32,000 nucleotides of DNA from a cyanobacterium endosymbiont of Rhopalodia gibba (GTDB lineage: Bacteria; Cyanobacteriota; Cyanobacteriia; Cyanobacteriales; Microcystaceae), in the NCBI GenBank assembly GCA_045159875.1, contig CP067995.1:2125303-2157302 (forward strand). The letters run 5' to 3'. Position numbers and translations under genes: made by a program. Positions 10,346 to 21,318 of this stretch are shown one piece after another (the first letter of the stretch is position 1; each line of letters opens with the position of its first letter). Under the pieces are notes generated by a model, which did not search any database, was not told the origin of the DNA, and saw only the letters and a list, made by a program, of their open reading frames with translations.

Positions 10346-11041
10346 TTATTCCACAACAGGAGGTAATTCCTCAACAGCAAGTTCAGGACCACCAATCCCT
10401 TCGGCAATACCGCCAGAAACACCAATTTTGAACTGGGTTAGGGTTGTAGCTGCTTGCTGTGCGTTTTCAGGCTTGAGGGTGAAAATTACGTTTCTAGTGG
10501 ACGCATTTTCGGGATCATGAGAAAGGAAAATCACCCGTTCTCCATTGACTTTCCCTACTAAGCTAGATTCGCTGAGTTGTGCTACCTGTTCGGGGGTAAC
10601 TAAACCAAAGGCGTAGGAAAGATTGGTTAAGCGAGCACTAACAGTCTGACAACGACTTTCAGGAATGTAAGCTCCATCAGGATGGCTGGAAGGCAGGGTT
10701 GCTGTCCAAACCATCATGGGCTGGCTATCCAGACCGTACTCAGCAGAAATATCCTCCGTGGTATAAACAGGGTAGTGATCAGGATCCATTGTTTCCCGTA
10801 CTGCTTTTTCCACAGTTACGTAGCTTCCATCCCCTTGAGCTTCACAGGTAAAAACAACCTTTTCTTGAATATGGGGAATCACTGCGCGGTTGCTGTCCCA
10901 ATCTACACTAGAAGGAAATCCTTCTGAGACCATGTTGTACTGGGGATATTTAGGATGAGCTTGGGCTCCAGAAATTGTGCTTAGTAAACCAAGAGTGGCT
11001 AATGCACTTGCCGCAACAACTTGAACTGAATTGTTAACCAT
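10346..11041 (-). CDS. Secreted protein with an N-terminal signal peptide, COP23-like (circadian oscillating protein family; the family call is tentative)
   Basis: The signal peptide is MVNNSVQVVAASALATLGLLSTISGAQA. Segments VVFTCEAQGDGSYVTV, RCQTVSARLTNL and GKVNGERVIF resemble the COP23 pattern as I remember it. The track start at 11053 is a TTG. The ATG at 11039-11041 has GGAGG 5 nt upstream, so I use 11041. Confidence 0.8.
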   Translation of the reverse strand: MVNNSVQVVAASALATLGLLSTISGAQAHPKYPQYNMVSEGFPSSVDWDSNRAVIPHIQEKVVFTCEAQGDGSYVTVEKAVRETMDPDHYPVYTTEDISAEYGLDSQPMMVWTATLPSSHPDGAYIPESRCQTVSARLTNLSYAFGLVTPEQVAQLSESSLVGKVNGERVIFLSHDPENASTRNVIFTLKPENAQQAATTLTQFKIGVSGGIAEGIGGPELAVEELPPVVE

Positions 11042-11451
11042 TTTGACCTCCAAAGAGTGTAAGAAGCAGTGATTAATAGCTACTGCTATATTTTTATAGA
11101 ACTTCCCATTAGCTAAAAGGCCTCAGGATAGTTCCACTTCCTCACCTCACACATGACATCGTACAGGTCGTCAATCGTCGCGCTTTAACCTACGCGCCTT
11201 GTCTATAACTATAGACATCCTAACCTTATCATTATGTTCAAAGCTTACAGTTATAGCATTATTTTACAATTGAGTTAAGCAACTAAAATTTTCCTTCTTG
11301 AATCAATTACTATAACTAATTAAGTAATCCAAGATCGGATGCTAGTGCACAGAAAATAGATCACTTAAAAAATTAATATTGACTTTAAAATTCAAGAGAA
11401 AGAAGATAGAATTTAGAAGTTAAATTGATTTCAAGCTGTTAGAGAAATCTT

Positions 11452-12114
11452 ATGAAAGCTAAAACTGAGAAATTAGTCATTTATCAAGGACAATTTGGGA
11501 AATTTACTGTTACTCAAAATGATCGCGCAGAGGTCGTTATCTATCGTTTGGGGTTATGTTTAGCGTCCTTTAACTTTGCGATTGCTACTCTGTTAGTATT
11601 GATCATTGGAGAACAACTCTGGGTACTAAACTTGCTAACCCTATTATTTGTAATGTTTTCACTGGGATTAGGAATTAGTTTAGCAACTATTCACATTTAT
11701 CTCCGTCCTCTCCATCGACTATTACAGGTATTTTGGATAATTGGGACAATCACGGCATTAATCATCGCCTGGCAAAGTTCTGAGCCTCTAGCCTTATTTG
11801 TCTACAATCATCCTTCAACCTTATTCGGTATTGGTTTTACGTTTGCTGCTTTAACAGGAATCTTCTTCAAAGAAGCCTTTTGTTTTAATCGTTTAGAAAC
11901 CAAATTTCTGACCTTTTTAGTTCCCAGTCTCTTGTTAGGACATTTAATAGGAATTCTACCGGTTGGGGTAGAAGCAGTATTCTTAGCTAGTTGGGGATTG
12001 TTATTTGTTATTTTTAGTTCACGTAAAGCGATTCAAGCTATTCCCCCCGATATTGGTGATAAATCTGTATTCACCCATCTTGAACAACAACGTTCTATAT
12101 CACTATCATCGTAA
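11452..12114 (+). CDS. Conserved integral membrane protein (DUF2301-like; family name tentative)
   Basis: 220 aa. The N-terminus YQGQFGKFTVTQNDRAEVVIYRLGL is followed by about six hydrophobic spans. ATG at 11452. Confidence 0.75.
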   Translation: MKAKTEKLVIYQGQFGKFTVTQNDRAEVVIYRLGLCLASFNFAIATLLVLIIGEQLWVLNLLTLLFVMFSLGLGISLATIHIYLRPLHRLLQVFWIIGTITALIIAWQSSEPLALFVYNHPSTLFGIGFTFAALTGIFFKEAFCFNRLETKFLTFLVPSLLLGHLIGILPVGVEAVFLASWGLLFVIFSSRKAIQAIPPDIGDKSVFTHLEQQRSISLSS

Positions 12115-12825
12115 TGAATTGGTTAGGGATTAGGTTAACTTTTTAAATCTTCAGATTTTTCTACCCTTAAACAACTATCAGTATTATTTCAGATATAAAC
12201 AAAAAACTTCAGTGAACATCAACTTTTTAAGGCTGATACTTGGTTATATTGCCAATGATATTTAAATTTTATGAAGGTAATCTCTGTGAAATTCCATCGT
12301 TAAAGCCAACAAAACTGCTACTTCAGCTATGGCGGTTAAAGACTTATTATCTTAGTTGAATTTAGAGATTGTGAGGGTAATTTTTTGTTGTTATCAAGTT
12401 TATACTTGACGCATTTATCCTACCGATACCAACAAAACATAAAGATAAATAGCTTTATCTTATACATGTTATATTTTGCAATTAACCTTAAAGATAAGAT
12501 GTCAAGCGGATAGGACAAGTATATAAATAGACAATTTATTGAAATTATCTCAAATTTTCATTAAGAATAATGATCAGGTCCAATTCAAGACTTTGAATCA
12601 TAAGCCCACTGGTTACAGAAGTTGTTTTAGTAGCTTTATGCTACCATGACTGAGTCTTAAATCTAAGTTTTCATAACTGGGGTGCAAACATGTTTTTAAA
12701 AGCTTACAACAGCAACTTTTCAGTCCATGGCAGTCTCAACTTTGATTGATTGGTCCTTATGAAAAATCGGAATTGGAAGAAATAATAGGGAAAATATTTT
12801 AAAGGGTAAAAGTGAGTGTAACAAT

Positions 12826-13674
12826 TTACCTTTGACATTGCGGACAGAAGTGAGCAGAACGTCCTCCTAATTTTAAGCGTTCAATGTCCATTCCACAAAC
12901 TCGACAGGATTCCCCGGTGCGACCATAAACCCAGGCAACCTTTCCATAATTACCATTGATTCCCGTCACTCCTCGAAAATCACTAAAGGTTGTTCCTCCT
13001 TTGTCGATAGCCTCTTTCAATACTTCAACAATTGATATTCTTAGCTTTTGGAGTTGTTTACGGTTTAAATTTTTAGCCATTATAGTCGGTCGAATACCAC
13101 TCTTAAACAATGCTTCATCTGCATAAATATTTCCTAATCCTGCCACAATCCTTTGATCCAATAACAAGCTTTTAATATTGCGTCGACTAATTCTTAATTT
13201 TTCGGTTAAATAACCTAAAGAGAATTTTTCAGAAAAAGGTTCAGGACCTAATTTTTTTAACCCCGTAATAATTATTTCTGGGTTTTGGTTTGGGGGGACC
13301 AACCATAGTTTGCCAAAAGTGCGAATATCAACAAAACGTAACTCTCGACCTTTACCACAAAACAAACGTAAACGCGTATGTGTTTGTAGGGGTTCAAGGT
13401 GATTCAACCATAATAACTGACCGGTCATTCGTAGATGAACGCCTAAAAAACCTCCATTTTCGCCTGACCCTTTTCTCAATCTTCCTAATAAATATTTTCC
13501 TCGTCGCTCCCACCCATTAAAGGTGACATTAGTAATATTAGTCAAAAACTCCGCAACTGATAAAGGATAAGCGAGAGTACGATCCAGTAATACTTCGCCA
13601 CCTTGTATTGTTGTTCCTAAAGTTAGCCTATTAAGACCTTGACGAACAGTTTCTACTTCAGGAAGTTCTGGCAC
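12826..13674 (-). CDS. mutM: Formamidopyrimidine-DNA glycosylase (Fpg/MutM)
   Basis: The N-terminus is (M)PELPEVETVR with the catalytic Pro2. The C-terminal zinc finger is CRVCGMDIERLKLGGRSAHFCPQC. The start codon is GTG (13672-13674). The nearest upstream ATG is out of frame. Confidence 0.93.
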   Translation of the reverse strand: MPELPEVETVRQGLNRLTLGTTIQGGEVLLDRTLAYPLSVAEFLTNITNVTFNGWERRGKYLLGRLRKGSGENGGFLGVHLRMTGQLLWLNHLEPLQTHTRLRLFCGKGRELRFVDIRTFGKLWLVPPNQNPEIIITGLKKLGPEPFSEKFSLGYLTEKLRISRRNIKSLLLDQRIVAGLGNIYADEALFKSGIRPTIMAKNLNRKQLQKLRISIVEVLKEAIDKGGTTFSDFRGVTGINGNYGKVAWVYGRTGESCRVCGMDIERLKLGGRSAHFCPQCQR

Positions 13675-14008
13675 AACTTTATCCTAAACATTTATGGTTG
13701 ACAACAATCATAAGTATTTTTTTTACTCATCAAAATTTCTCTATTTCTATCCTTACCTCCAAAAGTTTGCCCTAAAAAATACTTATCAAGAAAAAACAGT
13801 TTTATGCTTAAGGAGTTAATTAGAGAACCGGGTAATTACAGCACAACATTATCAGTTAAAAACAACCTGAATTGGTTATGGTGCCTCGAAGAATTCCTCA
13901 TCTCTAGTGAAAGGAGTGTAAAAACGAGTACCCTTTCATGATATCATTGCTGACAGTTCGCTATTGGCTTCATGGATTGATTCTAATAGCTTCACTTGTC
14001 TAAGCACT

Positions 14009-14431
14009 ATGCCCGTAATTGATCGTCAGACCCCGACGGCTAAAACCGTTTCCCCCTCAGTTGATCCCATGAGAGATTACTATCAATTACAACGCACTTT
14101 GTTGTTGTTGAGTTTATCTTTGACCGGGATTATTTTTGTCTGTGTCTGGACTGCCTATTCCCTAGATACAGCTCTTAACTACTTAATAGGAGCTTCTGTC
14201 GGCATTGTTTATTTAAAACTATTAGCCGGGGACATAGCAAAACTAGGTTTAGTCAACAAACGGATGGGAACTAGAGGTATGGGGTTATTTGTGATTTTAA
14301 TCGTTGTGGCTAGTCAATGGCAGAAAATGCACATCCTCCCAGTTTTTCTGGGATTTTTAACTTATAAGTTCGCCATAATCGTCTATATGCTCACAAGTGT
14401 TTTAACACCGGAATCTGAGCCAAGGCATTAG
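14009..14431 (+). CDS. atp1: ATP synthase protein I (atp1), small hydrophobic first gene of the operon
   Basis: Position immediately upstream of subunit a, with hydrophobic helices after MRDYYQLQRTLLLLSL. The track start at 13964 is a TTG. In-frame ATGs occur at 14009 and 14069, so the true start is uncertain. Confidence 0.7.
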   Translation: MPVIDRQTPTAKTVSPSVDPMRDYYQLQRTLLLLSLSLTGIIFVCVWTAYSLDTALNYLIGASVGIVYLKLLAGDIAKLGLVNKRMGTRGMGLFVILIVVASQWQKMHILPVFLGFLTYKFAIIVYMLTSVLTPESEPRH

Positions 14432-14487
14432 GGCATCGAGGAAATTAACCATTCTCGTATTTTGATTAAGTAAATAAATCTCACCGA

Positions 14488-15231
14488 ATGACAATGTTAG
14501 ATGGTTTGAGTTTTGTACAAACATTTCCTCTTGCTTCATTAGAAGTCGGTCAACATTGGTACTGGGAAATTGGTAACTACCGGGTACATGGACAAGTATT
14601 CATGACCTCTTGGTTCGTAATTAGCCTCTTGGTGATCGCATCCTTAGCTGCCACTAAAAACGTGCAACGCATCCCCAGTGGAATGCAAAATTTCATGGAG
14701 TATGTCCTAGAATTTTTGCGAGACTTGGCTAAAAATCAATTAGGAGAGAAGGAATATCGGCCTTGGTTACCTTTCATTGGAACCTTGTTTTTATTTATCT
14801 TTGTTTCCAACTGGTCAGGTGCGTTAGTTCCTTGGGGGTTAATTGAACTACCAGAAGGAGAATTAGCGGCTCCTACCAACGATATCAATACCACTGTTGC
14901 TTTAGCACTACTAACTTCTCTAGCGTACTTCTACGCTGGTTTAAGCAAGAAAGGATTGAGCTATTTTTCTCATTATGTAGAGCCAATTCCTGTTCTCTTA
15001 CCAATTAAAATCTTAGAAGATTTCACCAAGCCTTTATCACTAAGCTTCCGTTTGTTTGGAAACATCCTCGCTGATGAATTAGTGGTGGCGGTATTGGTCT
15101 TCTTAGTCCCTTTATTCATTCCCTTACCTATTATGGCCTTGGGGTTATTCACAAGTGCGATCCAGGCCTTAGTGTTTGCCACGTTAGCGGGGGCCTACAT
15201 TCATGAGGCGATCGAAGAAGGAGAACATTAA
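14488..15231 (+). CDS. atpI: F0F1 ATP synthase subunit a (cyanobacterial atpI = E. coli atpB)
   Basis: Essential-Arg motif [11 protein letters not shown]; multi-pass membrane protein of 247 aa; operon context. Confidence 0.95.
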   Translation: MTMLDGLSFVQTFPLASLEVGQHWYWEIGNYRVHGQVFMTSWFVISLLVIASLAATKNVQRIPSGMQNFMEYVLEFLRDLAKNQLGEKEYRPWLPFIGTLFLFIFVSNWSGALVPWGLIELPEGELAAPTNDINTTVALALLTSLAYFYAGLSKKGLSYFSHYVEPIPVLLPIKILEDFTKPLSLSFRLFGNILADELVVAVLVFLVPLFIPLPIMALGLFTSAIQALVFATLAGAYIHEAIEEGEH

Positions 15232-15510
15232 TCCTTATAAGGGATAAGGCAATGATTGAGCGTCGTAAATTGAATCTTAGGATCTGTTATTGAAATATGC
15301 CCAAAACATAGGACAATATCAGATGGGTTCATTTTTACAATTCAACATCGAGAATTGCTGAACTCTTCAAGCACATAGGGGTTGACTAGTGGGGATTTTT
15401 TCCTCGAGAATCAAAGAGCACTCCGCCGTACGACGATGGAGCCGGCTCTAACCTTCGGTCAATAACTATTCATTGCTTGGGAACGTCACCCTCCGTGGTT
15501 GTTAATCTAG

Positions 15511-15801
<291 letters not shown>

Positions 15802-15804
<3 letters not shown>

Positions 15805-16033
15805 GCGGTTTTGAAACAGTAGAGACGCGCGCTGTGTGAAGGCAAAAAGTGAAAAGAGACGATACAAGCCTTACTATTTTTACTAATGTCAACTCAGACA
15901 ATATTAGGTGTAGTAAATCAAGAAAAGTTTGTATTAACTTGGTCACTCGCGACTTCAATCATTGTCTCGTCTCTACTGATTCCTCCACCACACCAACCAA
16001 AGATTCGTTAGCCGCTTAGATCTTTTTTGTTTT
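15802..16033 (+). promoter_or_regulatory. Possibly structured atpH-atpG spacer: nested long-range inverted repeats followed by a U-run (candidate attenuator or mRNA-stability element)
   Basis: taagcgg (15802-15808) pairs with ccgctta (16011-16017). cagtagagacg (15817-15827) pairs with cgtctctactg (15968-15978). A tcttttttgtttt run follows at about 16021-16033. Confidence 0.25.
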
Positions 16034-16062
16034 GACTGAAACATTAATGGGAACTGCAAAAA

Positions 16063-16494
16063 ATGTTTGATTTTGATGCAACTATGCCTTTAATGGCTTT
16101 GCAATTTGTCCTCTTGGCAGTTGTCCTCAACGGGATTTTTTACAAACCCTTGAATAGGGCATTAGACGAGCGAGCAGATTATATTCGTCAGAAAGAAACT
16201 GATGAAAAAAAGCGTTTAGCTAAAGCTAAGGAGTTGTCCCTAGAATATGAAGCGCAGCTTGCTGATGCGCGTAAGCGGTCTCAAGAAATAATCACACAAG
16301 CTCAGGCTGACGCACAAAAAATTGCAGCCAAAGCTTTAGCTAATGCTCAACAAAAAGCCCAAGAGGAAAAAGAGAAAGTCGCCCAAGAAATTATCCAACA
16401 ACGCCAAGAAGCATTGGGTGTTCTAGAACAACAGGTTGATATTCTAAGCCGTCAAATTCTAGAAAAACTTCTAGGTCCTGAATTTGTAAATTAA
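16063..16494 (+). CDS. atpG: F0F1 ATP synthase subunit b' (photosynthetic-type second b subunit)
   Basis: One N-terminal transmembrane helix followed by a long A/Q/K/E-rich coiled coil. It sits between the c and b genes, as in cyanobacterial atp1 operons. Confidence 0.9.
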   Translation: MFDFDATMPLMALQFVLLAVVLNGIFYKPLNRALDERADYIRQKETDEKKRLAKAKELSLEYEAQLADARKRSQEIITQAQADAQKIAAKALANAQQKAQEEKEKVAQEIIQQRQEALGVLEQQVDILSRQILEKLLGPEFVN

Positions 16495-16531
16495 ATCTGC
16501 CATCGATTGAGTTTTCACTAGCAAAATACGT

Positions 16532-17068
16532 ATGATCGATTCTTTTTTTATATTAGCTACAGAAGCCCATAAGGCGGGTCGAAGTGGGTTCGGCTTAGAT
16601 TTTAACCTTCTAGAAACGAACCTTCTTAATCTTGCTATTCTCGTTGGGGTGTTGGTATTCTACGGCAGCAAAGTTTTGAAAAAGGTCCTAAATGAGCGGC
16701 GATTGCAGATTGCTGATGCTATTCAAGAAGCTGAGGAGCGCCAACGCAAAGCAGCCACTGCTTTGGGAAAGGAACAGCAGAAACTAACGCAAGCTCAAGC
16801 TGAAGCTGAACGAATTTATCAAAGGGCTAAAGATAGCGCTGCTGCTCTAGCTAAGGAAATTGCTGTAAAAAGTAAGCAAGACATAGAGCGTCTTAAAGAA
16901 ACAGCTGCAGCTGACCTTAGTGGTGAGCAAGAACGAGTTATTGCTCAATTGACAAAACAAATTGCTCAAATGGCTCTCAATAAAGCGGAAAGCCAACTTA
17001 AAGAACAGGTCAATGAGGATATGCAACACCTCCTAATTGACCGTAGTATCGCTCAATTAGGAGGTTAA
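16532..17068 (+). CDS. atpF: F0F1 ATP synthase subunit b
   Basis: One transmembrane helix (LLNLAILVGVLVFYG) plus a coiled-coil stalk; 178 aa; its stop lies 3 nt before the delta gene start. Confidence 0.92.
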   Translation: MIDSFFILATEAHKAGRSGFGLDFNLLETNLLNLAILVGVLVFYGSKVLKKVLNERRLQIADAIQEAEERQRKAATALGKEQQKLTQAQAEAERIYQRAKDSAAALAKEIAVKSKQDIERLKETAAADLSGEQERVIAQLTKQIAQMALNKAESQLKEQVNEDMQHLLIDRSIAQLGG

Positions 17069-17071
17069 TTA

Positions 17072-17629
17072 ATGAAAGGTTCCCTCATTAGTACTGCGAT
17101 TGCTGAACCTTACGCTCAGGCGTTAATGTCAGTGGCTTTAAGCCACGATCTCACCGATCTCTTTGGGAAAGAATGCCGTTCTTTAGTTACCTTATTAGAA
17201 GAGTCCCCTGATTTAGAAGCATTTATTGCCTCCCCAGTGATCAAAGAAATAGATAAAAAAACTGTTTTGGGACAAATCATGGGAGAAGGAGCTAATTTTT
17301 ATCTACTCAATTTTTTGATGTTGTTGATAGATAAACGGCGGATTATTTTTCTTAAAAAGATTTGTCAGCAATATCTTACGCTATTGCGGAAGTTGACTAA
17401 TACCGTTTTAGCCGAAGTTACTTCAGCCAAAGAATTGAGCAGCGAACAAAGTGAGTCTGTAGCCAATAAAGTTGAAGAACTTACTGGTGCGCAAGGCGTG
17501 GAAATCAAAACGAGAATTGATCCTGAGTTGATTGGGGGTGTTACTATCAAAGTAGGGTCTCAAGTCTTTGATGCCAGCCTTCGAGGAAAACTACGCCGTG
17601 TTAGTCTTAGCCTAGGTGGTATCGCTTAG
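17072..17629 (+). CDS. atpD: F0F1 ATP synthase subunit delta (OSCP; cyanobacterial atpD = E. coli atpH)
   Basis: 185 aa. The N-terminus has the OSCP-like [12 protein letters not shown] and the C-terminus has [20 protein letters not shown]. Operon position supports the call. Confidence 0.92.
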   Translation: MKGSLISTAIAEPYAQALMSVALSHDLTDLFGKECRSLVTLLEESPDLEAFIASPVIKEIDKKTVLGQIMGEGANFYLLNFLMLLIDKRRIIFLKKICQQYLTLLRKLTNTVLAEVTSAKELSSEQSESVANKVEELTGAQGVEIKTRIDPELIGGVTIKVGSQVFDASLRGKLRRVSLSLGGIA

Positions 17630-17677
17630 GTTACTTGTGTTTTATTGTATCCATTCGACTTTTAGAACAACTTAACT

Positions 17678-19189
17678 ATGGTTAGCATTAGACCCGACGA
17701 AATTAGCAGTATTATTCGCCAACAAATTGAATCCTACGATCAAACTGTAACGGTTTCTAACGTGGGAACAGTGCTTCAAGTAGGAGATGGAACGGCCCGT
17801 ATTTATGGCTTAGAACAAGCTATGGCTGGAGAACTTCTTGAATTTGAAGATGGAACTATCGGAATTGCTCTCAACCTTGAAGAAGATAACGTTGGGGCCG
17901 TATTAATGGGAACCGGTCTCGATATCCAAGAAGGGAGTACCGTCAAAGCTACCGGAAAAATTGCCCAAGTTCCCGTAGGGGAAGCAATGATAGGACGAGT
18001 GGTTGATTCCCTAGGTCGCCCTATTGATGGTAAAGGGGATATCAATACTTCTGAAACTCGTCTAATCGAATCGATGGCCCCTGGGATTGTTGCTCGTAAA
18101 TCCGTTTGTGAGCCTATGCAAACAGGGATTACAGCTATTGATGCGATGATTCCTGTGGGACGGGGACAACGGGAATTGATTATCGGTGATCGTAAAACTG
18201 GAAAAACGGCAATTGCGATTGATACCATTATTAATCAGAAGTCCGAAGATGTAATCTGCGTCTATGTAGCGATTGGACAAAAAGCGTCTACTGTCGCTCA
18301 GGTGATAAGAACCCTCGAAGACAATGGTGCGATGGACTATACCATAGTCGTTGCCGCTAACGCAAATGATCCAGCTACATTACAGTATCTTGCCCCCTAT
18401 ACAGGAGCTACCCTCGCTGAATACTTTATGTATAGGGGGAAGGCTACCTTGATCATTTACGATGACCTCTCCAAACAAGCTCAGGCTTACCGTCAGTTAT
18501 CTTTGTTACTAAGACGTCCTCCTGGTCGTGAAGCTTATCCTGGAGACGTATTCTATATCCACTCTCGCTTATTAGAACGTGCTGCAAAACTTAGCGATAA
18601 GCTAGGTGGGGGTAGTATGACAGCGTTACCCGTGATTGAAACCCAAGCAGGTGACGTTTCTGCTTACATTCCTACTAACGTAATTTCCATCACTGACGGA
18701 CAGATTTTCCTTTCTAGCGACTTGTTTAATTCAGGTTTTCGTCCCGCTATCAACGCAGGGATTTCGGTAAGTAGAGTAGGATCTGCGGCTCAGACCAAGG
18801 CTATGAAAAAGGTTGCCGGTAAATTGAAGCTAGAATTGGCACAATTTGCTGAATTGGAAGCCTTCTCTCAGTTTGCCTCTGACTTAGATGCCGCCACTCA
18901 GTCTCAACTGTCACGGGGTCAACGGTTACGTGAAGTATTGAAGCAACCTGAAAATTCTCCTTTAGCAGTGTGGGAACAGGTGGCAATTTCTTATGCCGGG
19001 TTAAATGGTTATCTTGATGAAATTGCTGTGGAGAAGGTAACTGAATTTACCATGGGACTACGGAACTATATTAAAACCAGTAAAGCTAAATTTACTGAGA
19101 TCGTTGGAACTGAGAAACAACTTACCGATGAAGCAGAAAGCCTCCTCAAAGAAGCTATTGAGGAATATAAACAGGCCTTTGCAGCGTAA
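17678..19189 (+). CDS. atpA: F0F1 ATP synthase subunit alpha
   Basis: Walker A GDRKTGKT; [15 protein letters not shown] and [20 protein letters not shown]; 503 aa. Confidence 0.98.
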   Translation: MVSIRPDEISSIIRQQIESYDQTVTVSNVGTVLQVGDGTARIYGLEQAMAGELLEFEDGTIGIALNLEEDNVGAVLMGTGLDIQEGSTVKATGKIAQVPVGEAMIGRVVDSLGRPIDGKGDINTSETRLIESMAPGIVARKSVCEPMQTGITAIDAMIPVGRGQRELIIGDRKTGKTAIAIDTIINQKSEDVICVYVAIGQKASTVAQVIRTLEDNGAMDYTIVVAANANDPATLQYLAPYTGATLAEYFMYRGKATLIIYDDLSKQAQAYRQLSLLLRRPPGREAYPGDVFYIHSRLLERAAKLSDKLGGGSMTALPVIETQAGDVSAYIPTNVISITDGQIFLSSDLFNSGFRPAINAGISVSRVGSAAQTKAMKKVAGKLKLELAQFAELEAFSQFASDLDAATQSQLSRGQRLREVLKQPENSPLAVWEQVAISYAGLNGYLDEIAVEKVTEFTMGLRNYIKTSKAKFTEIVGTEKQLTDEAESLLKEAIEEYKQAFAA

Positions 19190-19283
19190 TTTACCATAAG
19201 TCAGTGGTTAGTCATTTCCTCACGAACGAGAAGGAAGGCTAACCACCCACGACCCCTTATGAATAATTAATCAAAAAAAAAAT

Positions 19284-20228
19284 ATGCCTAACCTCAAAGC
19301 TATCCGTGATCGGATTAAATCTGTCAAAAATACGAAAAAAATTACCGAGGCTATGCGCCTGGTGGCTGCCGCTAAGGTTCGCCGCGCTCAAGAACAGGTA
19401 ATGTCTACTCGTCCCTTTGCTGATAATTTAGCCAATGTTCTTTATAATTTGCTCAACCGTCTCAAGTATGAGGATGTCAGTTTACCTCTATTGCAACAAA
19501 GACAGGTAAAAACTGTAGCTGTAGTTGTTGTCTCAGGTGATCGTGGGTTATGTGGTGGATACAACTCTTATGTCATTCGTCGCGCAGAACAACGCCAAAA
19601 AGAATTAGAAGCTCAAGGACTTGATTATTGTTTCGTCACCATTGGACGCAAAGCGACTCAATATTTTTCTCGTCGCGAGGTCCCCATTCTAACCAAGTAT
19701 ACGGGATTAAACCAAATTCCTACAGCTGATGAAGCTGTATCTATTGCTGACGAGTTACTATCTCTATTTTTGTCAGAAACAGTTGATAGAGTAGAGTTGA
19801 TTTACACTCGTTTTGTTTCTTTGATCAGTTCTCGTCCCGTAATTCAAACTTTGCTACCTTTGACTCTTCAGGGATTGGAAGTTGAAGATGATGAAATCTT
19901 CCGCTTGATTACCCGCGAAGGGAAATTAAGCATAGAAAGGGAAACGATTATTCAAGAGCTCGAGAGCTTTCCTCAAGATATGATTTTTGAACAAGATCCC
20001 CTACAAATTCTTGATTCCTTGTTACCTCTGTATATCAACAACCAATTACTCAGAGGATTAGAAGAAGCGTCGGCGAGTGAATTAGCAGCTCGAATGACAG
20101 CGATGAGTAACGCGAGTGATAATGCTGGTCAGCTAATCCTTAATCTTACTCTATCGTACAACAAAGCGCGTCAAGCAGCAATTACTCAACAGCTAATGGA
20201 GGTGGTTGCTGGTTCTAATGCTTTGTAG
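19284..20228 (+). CDS. atpC: F0F1 ATP synthase subunit gamma (cyanobacterial atpC = E. coli atpG)
   Basis: The N-terminus is [36 protein letters not shown] and the C-terminus is [16 protein letters not shown]. It contains the photosynthetic-lineage insertion ([22 protein letters not shown]) without the chloroplast Cys pair. Confidence 0.96.
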   Translation: MPNLKAIRDRIKSVKNTKKITEAMRLVAAAKVRRAQEQVMSTRPFADNLANVLYNLLNRLKYEDVSLPLLQQRQVKTVAVVVVSGDRGLCGGYNSYVIRRAEQRQKELEAQGLDYCFVTIGRKATQYFSRREVPILTKYTGLNQIPTADEAVSIADELLSLFLSETVDRVELIYTRFVSLISSRPVIQTLLPLTLQGLEVEDDEIFRLITREGKLSIERETIIQELESFPQDMIFEQDPLQILDSLLPLYINNQLLRGLEEASASELAARMTAMSNASDNAGQLILNLTLSYNKARQAAITQQLMEVVAGSNAL

Positions 20229-20260
20229 AAATTAATTATCAGAACAATTGAACGATCTTT

Positions 20261-20296
20261 CGAGCGTTTAGAAAATTTTCTAGACGCTTGCTTTTT
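20261..20296 (+). terminator. Rho-independent terminator of the atp1 operon
   Basis: A stem of about 13 bp spans 20261-20290 (cgagcgtttagaa / ttctagacgcttg, including G-U pairs) with an aatt loop. It is followed by ctttttaaaa (T-run 20292-20296), 33 nt after the atpC TAG. Confidence 0.75.
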
Positions 20297-20367
20297 AAAA
20301 TGGAAGAAACGCCTTTGATGTCCTGTCTATCTTAGTGCTAGAATATTTTTAGTTGTCTAGGTTGACA

Positions 20368-21191
20368 ATGATATGCAGAGCATATCGCTATATAATTTAT
20401 CCCGATCCCGAGCAAAAGTAGGCACTAGTTCAAACCTTTGAGTGATGTCAGTAGTGTTGAAACTATTCATTTTTTAGACTGACTTATAAAAATTGTTAAA
20501 AGACAGGTGAGGAGCTATTGAGGGAGCTGTTCGAAGTCTTTTTTAAGTCTTAACAAAAGACTATCCTTAGCTGAGTGATATTTCTTTTCGGTGCTTATTA
20601 GTATTTACAAGTTGTGGCTTTAGGTCTGTCGTCTGTCCAATATATCTTTGACAAAAGAGAAAAATCACTAAAGTAAAAAGATTTATCTTACAAGTACAAA
20701 GAGAGTACACCTGTCAAAAGAAGGTTAGTTGCCAAAGTCTACTTCATAATCTTTAGATGTAGAGTAGATTTTCTGCACAAACTACTATATAGTATAATCA
20801 ATAAAAACCAAGTGATTGCTGTAAAAAAAACGACATAAAAAGCATGAGAAGAAACTAAAACCAATTTAACGCTGTTAATAATTGTAGTTGGGTCAAGTTC
20901 TGTGCAACTATGTGCAATACTTAGGTATAAAGCAGAGAATAAAGAGAAGATTTACATTGAAACTGACAGTGACAGATTTTTCTCCAGTTATTAAGACCCA
21001 TAACAGCTGTATAAATAAATCAAGTAAGCAGATTGCCTCTTAATTTTGGGAATTGGATTTGCAAATGTTACAAAACCAATTATGATTGTGATGTTAACAC
21101 ATCAATAAACGTAGAAAATCAAGTCTTACGGACATTGTCACCAGGGAGTAGCGATGTTTTCTCAGGGAAGTGTAAGACGAACAGGGATTAA
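20368..21191 (+). mobile_element. tnpB: Heavily degraded IS200/IS605-family tnpB (RNA-guided nuclease gene) relic; no tnpA seen
   Basis: From ATG 20368 the sequence reads MICRAYRYIIYPDPEQK*ALVQTFE*CQ*C*NY, against the TnpB N-terminal pattern AYKYRIYP..EQ...L.KTFGCCRFVYN. Around 20990-21080 it reads DFSPVIKTHNSCI...WELDLQ, against FFPSSKTC..CG...REW.C. The frame beginning 21081 reads YDCDVNTSINVENQVLRTL, against RuvC-III HDRDVNAAINI, and ends at TAA 21189-21191. Many stops and frame changes occur throughout. Confidence 0.65.
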
Positions 21192-21318
21192 GATTTATTA
21201 CCTCTTAGACGCAACGTTCAATGAAGTTAGAAGCTTCAAATATAATCTTTAATCTGGATGGGGTAATTTACGTCACAATATACAATATAAAGGGATAGTC
21301 CTTAAGAGAAAAACAATT

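Noticed and set aside
13964-14008. N-terminal extensions given by the ORF track: atp1 from 13964, the COP23-like gene from 11053, and rbp from 3045.
   Set aside because: 13964 and 11053 are TTG codons. For the COP23-like gene, an ATG with a GGAGG Shine-Dalgarno lies 12 nt inside. For rbp, the internal ATG at 3060 has the better Shine-Dalgarno and gives the canonical RRM N-terminus. The atp1 start remains uncertain.
17803-18280. Antisense ORFs of 141 aa and 72 aa inside atpA. Similar antisense or overlapping ORFs occur at 3014-3220, 10682-10927, 13290-13520, 14973-15182, 16847-17029, 17365-17550, 18801-18986, 26590-26784, 30294-30524 and 31231-31443.
   Set aside because: Each lies opposite, or out of frame with, a strongly supported conserved gene (or the chlH relic). 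Their composition is low-complexity or skewed, and none has a recognisable motif or ribosome-binding site. They are typical shadow ORFs.
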